Shown here in pieces: positions 57,743 through 64,000 of a stretch of 64,000 bases of DNA. The notes beneath the pieces were generated by a model. It was not told where the DNA came from. It saw only the letters and a program-made list of their open reading frames with translations, and did not search any database. A program made the position numbers and the translations under genes. This DNA is from an uncultured bacterium (lineage in GTDB: Bacteria > Patescibacteriota > Minisyncoccia > Phycocordibacterales > UBA9973), in assembly GCA_903892035.1 (NCBI GenBank), contig CAITGV010000001.1, positions 91,624 to 155,623 of the forward strand, in the 5' to 3' direction. The stretch's first letter is position 1, and every line of letters starts with the position of its first letter.

Positions 57743-58690
57743 ATGAATAATAATAAATTGGGTAAATTAAGCAAGGTAGACTTGCGGGAAATTTGGAAAA
57801 ATGAAGAGTATGACTTTTCAGCTTGGCTGGCTGAAGAAGAAAATCTTGCTCTTTTGTCCGACGAACTTGGTGTTTCAATAAAATTGATTGAGAGAGAAGC
57901 GGGTGTTGGAAAATACAGCTTGGATATTTTAGCGGAAGAGGAAGGCACGGGGCATAAAATCGTGATAGAGAACCAACTTGAAAATACTGACCACGACCAT
58001 TTGGGAAAAATCATCACGTACTCTGCTGGGCACGATGCGAAAATCATCGTTTGGATTTTCAAAGACATCTGTGAAGAGCACCGCAGTGCGATTGACTGGC
58101 TCAACGACAACACAGGCGATGACCTTCACTTTTTCGCTGTGAAGTTGGAAGTATGGAAAATCAACGAATCCGAATCAGCTCCGAAGTTTCAAATAATTTG
58201 TAAGCCGAACGAGTGGAAAAAAATTGTAAAACATAGTTCGGGAAGTAAGGATTTGGGAAGTACTGAATTGAAAAAACTTGATTTTTGGACAAAACTCAAA
58301 TCATACGCTTTAGATAAAAAAGTAACTCTATTCACACGAACACCCAACCCGTATCACTGGTATGATATATCTATTGGAACTTCTGGAGCTCATATTTCAC
58401 TCACTATCGGTATTAGAGAAAGTAAAATTGGTTGTGAACTTTATATTGACGATAACAAGCCCTTATTTGAGCATCTCAAAACAAAAAAGATGGAGCTTGA
58501 AGGACAGCTCAACGGGAAGCTTGAGTGGATAGTAGCAGAAAAGGCGTGTCGCATCGTGTTACGAAAAGAAAATGCCAACTTGGATGATGAAGAAAATACC
58601 AGCACCTTATTTGATTGGATGATTGAAAAAGCGGTCGTTTTTCATAAAGTATTTAGTCCGTTAGTAAAGCAATACAAAAATGAGCAATAA
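57743..58690 (+). CDS. NucS/RecB-like nuclease with DUF4268 domain
   Basis: LDILA..IVIENQL..TDHDHLGK; FW..WY..IG..ELYI. Confidence 0.85.
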   Translation: MNNNKLGKLSKVDLREIWKNEEYDFSAWLAEEENLALLSDELGVSIKLIEREAGVGKYSLDILAEEEGTGHKIVIENQLENTDHDHLGKIITYSAGHDAKIIVWIFKDICEEHRSAIDWLNDNTGDDLHFFAVKLEVWKINESESAPKFQIICKPNEWKKIVKHSSGSKDLGSTELKKLDFWTKLKSYALDKKVTLFTRTPNPYHWYDISIGTSGAHISLTIGIRESKIGCELYIDDNKPLFEHLKTKKMELEGQLNGKLEWIVAEKACRIVLRKENANLDDEENTSTLFDWMIEKAVVFHKVFSPLVKQYKNEQ

Positions 58691-58871
58691 AGATTTTTAC
58701 ACAGCCAAAGAACTGGCAGATAAACTGCGAGTAAATATAATGACCATCTATCGCTATATAGGTGCGAAAGGTGCAAAGAAATTAAATGCCTATAAATTTG
58801 GCAAGGAATTTAGAATTGATAAGAAAGAGTTTGATAGTTTCTTGAACAAGGCAAAAACTAATGGAAAATAA
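58680..58871 (+). CDS. HTH_17 excisionase-like protein
   Basis: YTAKELADKLRVNIMTIYRYI..GKEFRI; overlaps the LSR start. Confidence 0.85.
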   Translation: MSNKDFYTAKELADKLRVNIMTIYRYIGAKGAKKLNAYKFGKEFRIDKKEFDSFLNKAKTNGK

Positions 58872-60468
58872 AACTGTCAAAATGATATATGGTGGCTACC
58901 ACAGAAAATCTACCGAATCTGAGGATAGGCAGGTTCTTTCTATTGATTCTCAAATTGATGAGGGTAAGAGAATCGCAGATAGCTTAGGGATAAAAGTGAA
59001 ACCTGAGCATATTCTTTCAGAATCAAAATCAGCCAAAGTAACTGGTAAGCGATTAAAGTTCCAGCAAATGCTCAGTATGATTGAGCGAGGAGAAATAAAT
59101 GGAATCATTGTATGGCACGCAGACAGGCTTTCAAGAAATGCTATGGACTCAGCTTTACTTATTGACCTGATAGATAAAGGAAAACTTATTGAAATAGTTA
59201 CGCCAGCACAAACATTCAGGAATACTCCGTTAGATAAATTTATGTTTATGTTCCAGTGTAGTCAGGCAAAAATGGAGAACGACAAAAAAGGCGTTGATGT
59301 AACAAGAGGACTTCATAAAAAAGCTAGTCTCGGAATGTATCCTGCACCAGCACCTGTTGGTTACAAAAATGATAAGTATGCAGAGAAAGGAAACAAAGTG
59401 CCACTAGTAGATGCGGAAAGATTCCCACTGGTGCGAAAAATGATAGACCTTATGCTTACAGGAAATTATACTGTGGCGGAGATATGGAGAATCGCAAGAA
59501 ACGAATGGGGCTTTACTATGCCGAGTGGAAAGAAAATCAGTAGACCTACTGTTTATAGAATTTTCTCAAACCCTTTTTATTATGGGAGATACGAATATCC
59601 TCTCAGAAGCGGTAAGTGGTATGACGCTATCCATACTCCGATGATGGATGTGGAGGAGTACGACAAGATTCAATTTATCCTTGGCAAGAAAGGTAAACCT
59701 AGACCGAAGTCTCACATATTTGATTTTACAGGAATGATGCACTGCGGAGAGTGCGGAGCAAGTATTACAGCCGAGACAAAAATTAAAAGGCAGAAAAATG
59801 GGAACATTCATACCTATGTTTACTATCACTGCACTAAAAGAATAAATCCAAACTGCACGCAAGGCTCTATTGAGGAGAAAGATTTAAAGAAGCAAATTGT
59901 AGCTGAAATTGAGAGTATTGAAATACCGCCAGAATTTCATAGTTTTGCTATGAAATGGTTTAAGAAAGAGAACGAAAAAGAAATTGATGGTCGTAATGCT
60001 GTTATAAAAGCCAATGAGAAAGCCTACAAGGCTTGTTTAGCGAAGATTGACGGCTTAACCGATATGAGAGCGGGTGGCGAAATATCAGCCGTAGAATTTG
60101 CTGAAAGAAAAATAAAATTCCTTGCAGAAAAGAAACAACTTGATAATTTATACGGTGATACAAGTAAGAGAGTAGATAGGTGGCTAGATACTGCCGATAA
60201 TATGTTTACTTTTATTGAAAACGCAAAAGATAAATTTGAAAATGGAACGATTCAGACAAGACGCTCAATACTTTCAACACTAGGTTCAGACCTCATACTA
60301 AAGGATAAAATACTCAGTATTGATATAGATAAATCACTCTTTCCAATAAAAAGAGTCTCAAAAGAGGCTAATGCAATTAGTAAACGGTTAGAACCTCTCA
60401 AAACTATTGATAAACAAAGAGAATTTGACCTTTTGTGTGATAAAAATCCCGTAATGCGGAGGCGGTGA
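58861..60468 (+). CDS. Large serine recombinase (integrase)
   Basis: YHRKSTE, DRLSRN, PAPVGY, NPFYYG, CGEC..YYHC..C, long coiled coil; stop codon lies inside the tRNA antisense strand. Confidence 0.95.
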   Translation: MENKTVKMIYGGYHRKSTESEDRQVLSIDSQIDEGKRIADSLGIKVKPEHILSESKSAKVTGKRLKFQQMLSMIERGEINGIIVWHADRLSRNAMDSALLIDLIDKGKLIEIVTPAQTFRNTPLDKFMFMFQCSQAKMENDKKGVDVTRGLHKKASLGMYPAPAPVGYKNDKYAEKGNKVPLVDAERFPLVRKMIDLMLTGNYTVAEIWRIARNEWGFTMPSGKKISRPTVYRIFSNPFYYGRYEYPLRSGKWYDAIHTPMMDVEEYDKIQFILGKKGKPRPKSHIFDFTGMMHCGECGASITAETKIKRQKNGNIHTYVYYHCTKRINPNCTQGSIEEKDLKKQIVAEIESIEIPPEFHSFAMKWFKKENEKEIDGRNAVIKANEKAYKACLAKIDGLTDMRAGGEISAVEFAERKIKFLAEKKQLDNLYGDTSKRVDRWLDTADNMFTFIENAKDKFENGTIQTRRSILSTLGSDLILKDKILSIDIDKSLFPIKRVSKEANAISKRLEPLKTIDKQREFDLLCDKNPVMRRR

Positions 60469-60542
60469 GATTCGAACTCACGGTCCTTTAAAGGGACGAC
60501 GGTTTAGTAAACCGTTGATTTAAACCACTCATCCACGCCTCC
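60457..60542 (-). tRNA. tRNA-Ser with anticodon ACT
   Basis: GGAGGCG/CGCCTCC acceptor, G73, arm ACGGT-TTACTAA-ACCGT, long variable arm, GTTCGAATC; CCA not encoded. Confidence 0.9.
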
Positions 60543-60610
60543 AGTGGTAGCTTAACTTATAACATTTTATGGAGAAAAAAACAAAAATATGCTACTCTTT
60601 CTTGGTATTT

Positions 60611-60695
60611 GGAGACGTGTCGGAGTGGTCTAACGTACCTCCTTGCTAAGGAGGCAGGCTTCACGGCCTCGCGAGTTCGAATCTCGCCGTCTCCG
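60611..60695 (+). tRNA. tRNA-Ser(GCT)
   Basis: GGAGACG/CGTCTCC, arm CCTCC-TTGCTAA-GGAGG, variable arm, GTTCGAATC. Confidence 0.95.
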
Positions 60696-60697
60696 CT

Positions 60698-61174
60698 ATG
60701 AAGAAAATTCCTATAGGTATCGTTCACGGAAGATTTCAGCCACTACATAGTGGGCATTTGAAATACATACTTGCAGGACTCGCAAGATGTGATTTTTTAT
60801 ATATTGGGGTTTGTACACCAAAACTTTGCACTAAAGAAGAGGCAGAAAAAACTGGCTTCCCCTGCCTACCAGAACAAAACCCACTTTCTTTTATTGAAAG
60901 AAAAAAAATGATAGTGGAAGCATTGAAAGAAAAAAATATTCCAAATAAAAAATATAAAATTATTAAATTTCCAAGTGATTATAAAAATATTGAAAAATAC
61001 ATTCCTAAAAATACTACATTTTTTATGACGGCATGGAATGACGAAGGGGAAAATAAGGTAAAAGCTCTGCGAAGGCTTGGTTTAAAAGTTTCAGTTTTAA
61101 GTTCCATAAAAAAGGAGAAAGGTGAAAAAAGTGGGACTGAAATAAGAAAAATATTCGCTCGTGCGGTAACTTAA
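60698..61174 (+). CDS. Nucleotidyltransferase (NMN adenylyltransferase-like)
   Basis: HGRFQPLHSGH, NPLSF.ER, SGTEIR. Confidence 0.85.
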   Translation: MKKIPIGIVHGRFQPLHSGHLKYILAGLARCDFLYIGVCTPKLCTKEEAEKTGFPCLPEQNPLSFIERKKMIVEALKEKNIPNKKYKIIKFPSDYKNIEKYIPKNTTFFMTAWNDEGENKVKALRRLGLKVSVLSSIKKEKGEKSGTEIRKIFARAVT

Positions 61175-61236
61175 TTTATTCGCGCTTAACCCTCTCTACG
61201 GGGGCTCCGACACGCTCAAAAATTATGTTACCGCAC
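61161..61236. repeat. Dispersed structured motif, copy 2
   Basis: Core 61179-61217; flanks GTGCGGTAACTTAATTT / AAATTATGTTACCGCAC (1 mismatch). Confidence 0.9.
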
Positions 61237-61276
61237 TCACAAATTACTTTTTCCCAGCCTGTGCTATAATTTTTAT

Positions 61277-61966
61277 ATGAGTGAAATTACAAAAGAGGAA
61301 AATATTGCAATCGAAGCACACCAGCTAAAGACAAATTTAGGTGCGGCAAAGTGGGTACTAAAAATGATGGAGGATGGTGACACAGGAGCTCTCACAGAAG
61401 AACAAAGAGGATTAATAAACAAACTCTACAAAAACAATGAAGACATGCTCGCTCAAGTAGGTAAAATGCTTGCAATCAGTCGCGACGGTGAGAAAAGTGA
61501 AGAGTACAATTTTACTTCTGTAGATTTAATAAAGATTACAGACGATGTTCTTTTTGCATTCCGTGAACAAATTTTAAAAAGACAAATTGAAGTTATTTTT
61601 ATTCGCCCTGAGGAAAATATGCTAGCAAAAGCAGATGCTAAAAAAATTCATATTGTAATACAAAACCTAATTGAAAATGCTATTAAGTATGGAAGCGAAA
61701 AAGGTAAAATTTTTATATCTGCAAGAAAAATAGACAATACGGTAGAGATGGCAGTAAAAGACTCTGGTTTAAAAATTTCTGAAAGTGACCAGCCAAATAT
61801 ATTTGAAAAATATTTCCGTGGAGAAAAAGGTTTGGCAAATGAAACAAGTACCGGACTTGGCCTTTATATTACAAAAAATATCATAGAAAATCATGGTGGC
61901 AAGATCTGGTTTGAAAGCACAGACTCTAGTACAACCTTTTACTTTACCTTGCCAGCTATGGTATAA
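61277..61966 (+). CDS. Cytoplasmic histidine kinase (HisKA + HATPase)
   Basis: AHQLKT, NLIENAIKY, DSG, GLGLYI, HGGKIW; no sensor or TM region. Confidence 0.9.
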   Translation: MSEITKEENIAIEAHQLKTNLGAAKWVLKMMEDGDTGALTEEQRGLINKLYKNNEDMLAQVGKMLAISRDGEKSEEYNFTSVDLIKITDDVLFAFREQILKRQIEVIFIRPEENMLAKADAKKIHIVIQNLIENAIKYGSEKGKIFISARKIDNTVEMAVKDSGLKISESDQPNIFEKYFRGEKGLANETSTGLGLYITKNIIENHGGKIWFESTDSSTTFYFTLPAMV

Positions 61967-61973
61967 TGTTTTT

Positions 61974-62339
61974 ATGAGTAAAAAGATATTAGTAGTTGAA
62001 GATGATTCATTTCTGTCGGGCCTCGAAGCAAAAAAGCTAACAATGGAGGGTTTTGAAGTTTCTACAGCACCAGATGGCGAGACGGCTGTAAAGCTCGCAG
62101 ATCAACTTAAACCTGATCTTATTCTTCTCGACCTTATTCTCCCTGGAATGGACGGTTTTGGTGTACTCGAAAAAGTTCGTAAAAACGAAGCTCTAAAAAA
62201 TGTACCTATTTTGGCATTTTCAAATCTTTCTGAAGAAAAAGACGTAGCAAAAGCAAAAGAACTAGGTGCAGTGGACTTTATGATAAAATCAAATTTTACT
62301 CTCGATGAAGTCGTAGCTAAAGTAAAAGAATATATATAA
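61974..62339 (+). CDS. Single-domain response regulator
   Basis: ILVVEDD, LLDLILPGMDG, FMIK. Confidence 0.92.
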   Translation: MSKKILVVEDDSFLSGLEAKKLTMEGFEVSTAPDGETAVKLADQLKPDLILLDLILPGMDGFGVLEKVRKNEALKNVPILAFSNLSEEKDVAKAKELGAVDFMIKSNFTLDEVVAKVKEYI

Positions 62340-62343
62340 TTTT

Positions 62344-62550
62344 ATGAGTAAAAAGAAAAAACTTTATGTTGTTATTGCTGTATTTATTGTAATAATCATC
62401 ACATATCTTATAGTTAGTAAGACCATCCCTACCCCAGGCTCACAGCCAGCAACTCAAAACAACGCTACTGACCAAAATGATTTTCCAAGTGCGCAAAATT
62501 CTCCAAACGAAGTAGCACCCCCAGATGTTACTCACAATGCAACTAAGTGA
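62344..62550 (+). CDS. Small membrane protein
   Basis: Basic N-terminus plus TM helix. Confidence 0.6.
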   Translation: MSKKKKLYVVIAVFIVIIITYLIVSKTIPTPGSQPATQNNATDQNDFPSAQNSPNEVAPPDVTHNATK

Positions 62551-64000
62551 TTCCATATCAAAACATTTTCGTCTAGACTCTCAAACAGAGAGTAGCTTAA
62601 AACGCCTAGGTCTTGAAAAAATAAAGGACCTTATTTTTTATTTTCCAATTCGATATGGCGATATGAGTGCACTTAAAAATGTGGCTGATCTTGTCGCAGG
62701 AGAGACCGCGACTCTATATGGCACAATAAAAAATCCAAAAACAAAAAAAGGTTTTGTTTCAAAGATACCAATGGCTGAAGCAACATTTGAAGACCTATCG
62801 GGAAGCATAAAAATTATTTGGTTTCACCAAGCATATTTAGCAAAAATGGTTCACGACGGTCAATCTGTAAAACTTACCGGAAAAGTTTCAGAAAATAAAA
62901 ATGGTTTATACCTCTCAAATCCTGAATTTGAGAAAGTTTCCACAATGCCCATTGATAGCAACTCCTCACTTTTCAAAAATGGACAGAATAATGAGACAAT
63001 CTTTGGTGGCGGCTATCCTGTTTACAAAGAAACAAAAGGTCTTTCTTCAAAATGGATTTATCATACAATAATAAAAATTTTCAAAAGCGGGCTTTTAGAC
63101 AACATATCTGAATACTTACCAGAAAAAATATTAGAAAAATATCATCTACCGAAACTAAAAACAGCACTTATTTGGATTCACTCTCCAAAGAAGAAAGAGG
63201 ACGCCGAAAGTGCAAGAAAACGTTTTGCTTTTGAAGAAGTATTTTTTATTCAACTTCAACGTGCACATGAAAGAAATAATTTTGAAAAAAATAATGCATA
63301 CATTGTAAATACGGACAAAAATGATATAGAAAATTTTGTGAATCGTTTTCCATTTCAAATGACAAAATCTCAAGAGAATGCAATAAATGCAATTTTGGAT
63401 AATATGGAAAAATCAAACCCTATGGCTCGCCTACTCGAAGGTGATGTGGGTAGCGGAAAAACTGCTGTCGCTGCAACATCTGCGTATTCTGTTATAAAAA
63501 ATAGACCACCAAAGCCACAGGCCTTGCCTAGGGGAATTCCCCTAGGCAAGGCCTGTGGTGAAAGGCAAGCTTTTGGAAATCTTCAAGTCGCATATATGGC
63601 ACCAACAGAAATTCTTGCGACTCAACATTTTGAAAATTTTATTCAGTACTTCAAACACACCGGAATATCCATTGGATTAATTACTGGAAGTGGTTGCAGA
63701 AAATTTCCAACCAAAGTCGCATCTGCGCGTGAACCATGGACAAATATTTCTCGTGCACAACTTTTGAAATGGGTTGCAAATGGTGAGATTCCAATATTAA
63801 TTGGAACTCATGCTCTTATCCAAAAATCTGTAAAATTTAAAGATTTAGCACTTGTGATTGTCGATGAACAACATCGTTTTGGAGCCCTGCAACGCGCTCG
63901 ACTTGCAAAAAAAGAAAATTTTGCACCACACTACCTTTCAATGACTGCAACCCCAATTCCCCGCACATTGGCTCTCACAATTTATGGTGACCTCGACCTT
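62537..64000 (+). CDS. recG: ATP-dependent DNA helicase RecG (3'-truncated; absent from the ORF track)
   Basis: ATG 62537; FYFPIRY, RFAFEE, RLLEGDVGSGKT, MAPTEILA, GTHAL, VDEQHRFG, MTATPIPRTLAL. Confidence 0.96.
   Translation, partial: MQLSDSISKHFRLDSQTESSLKRLGLEKIKDLIFYFPIRYGDMSALKNVADLVAGETATLYGTIKNPKTKKGFVSKIPMAEATFEDLSGSIKIIWFHQAYLAKMVHDGQSVKLTGKVSENKNGLYLSNPEFEKVSTMPIDSNSSLFKNGQNNETIFGGGYPVYKETKGLSSKWIYHTIIKIFKSGLLDNISEYLPEKILEKYHLPKLKTALIWIHSPKKKEDAESARKRFAFEEVFFIQLQRAHERNNFEKNNAYIVNTDKNDIENFVNRFPFQMTKSQENAINAILDNMEKSNPMARLLEGDVGSGKTAVAATSAYSVIKNRPPKPQALPRGIPLGKACGERQAFGNLQVAYMAPTEILATQHFENFIQYFKHTGISIGLITGSGCRKFPTKVASAREPWTNISRAQLLKWVANGEIPILIGTHALIQKSVKFKDLALVIVDEQHRFGALQRARLAKKENFAPHYLSMTATPIPRTLALTIYGDLDL
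63515..63558. repeat. Perfect 44-bp palindrome in frame within recG
   Basis: CCACAGGCCTTGCCTAGGGG-AATT-CCCCTAGGCAAGGCCTGTGG. Confidence 0.95.

Larger units (their letters stand above)
48416..60459. mobile_element. ~12-kb LSR integrative element at the tRNA-Ser(ACT) 3' end
   Basis: TGCGG core at 48416-48420 and 60455-60459; LSR runs into the tRNA; displaced LSR-like C-terminus at the left junction; recombinase and defence cargo. Confidence 0.85.

Noticed and set aside
1-64000. CRISPR array or rRNA genes
   Set aside because: No regularly spaced repeat-spacer array and no rRNA-like segment seen.
1-64000. Alternative genetic code (TGA=Gly, as in Gracilibacteria/SR1)
   Set aside because: Long conserved genes are intact under code 11, and TGA ends genes at sensible positions.

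Overview
AT-rich bacterial chromosome segment (code 11). Gene content and compact, largely leaderless gene starts point to a Patescibacteria/CPR (Parcubacteria-like) genome; this assignment is inference. Two tRNA-associated islands interrupt a host backbone. Island 1 (<1 to ~12.4 kb, next to the 3' end of tRNA-Gln-CTG) carries a ParB/DNA methyltransferase-TerS-TerL module with no portal or capsid gene following, a large serine recombinase (LSR), a membrane-anchored HNH nuclease and a 1518-aa SF1 helicase-nuclease. Island 2 (48416-60459) is a complete ~12-kb integrative element at the 3' end of an unusual tRNA-Ser with anticodon ACT. Its attachment site lies inside its own LSR gene, so excision should swap the C-terminus RR-stop for an in-frame 24-aa tail (VVLDEVRT...). 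It carries a fused restriction-modification gene, a DUF2779-like nuclease, an HD-domain fusion, a tyrosine recombinase and attenuator-like RNA leaders. The backbone has a GH130/PMM/MPI mannose cluster, rlmB, a D-Asp ligase-like gene, pyrG, ftsEX, a divergent RlmN-like radical SAM gene behind a leader-peptide attenuator, prfB, gatCA, ligA, a full type IV pilus/competence locus with comF, tRNA-Ser-GCT, a kinase/response regulator pair and recG (partial). Small palindromic elements are scattered throughout, some in frame in recG, ligA and pyrG. A 39-nt motif occurs twice inside unrelated but self-complementary stems. No rRNA or CRISPR array was seen.
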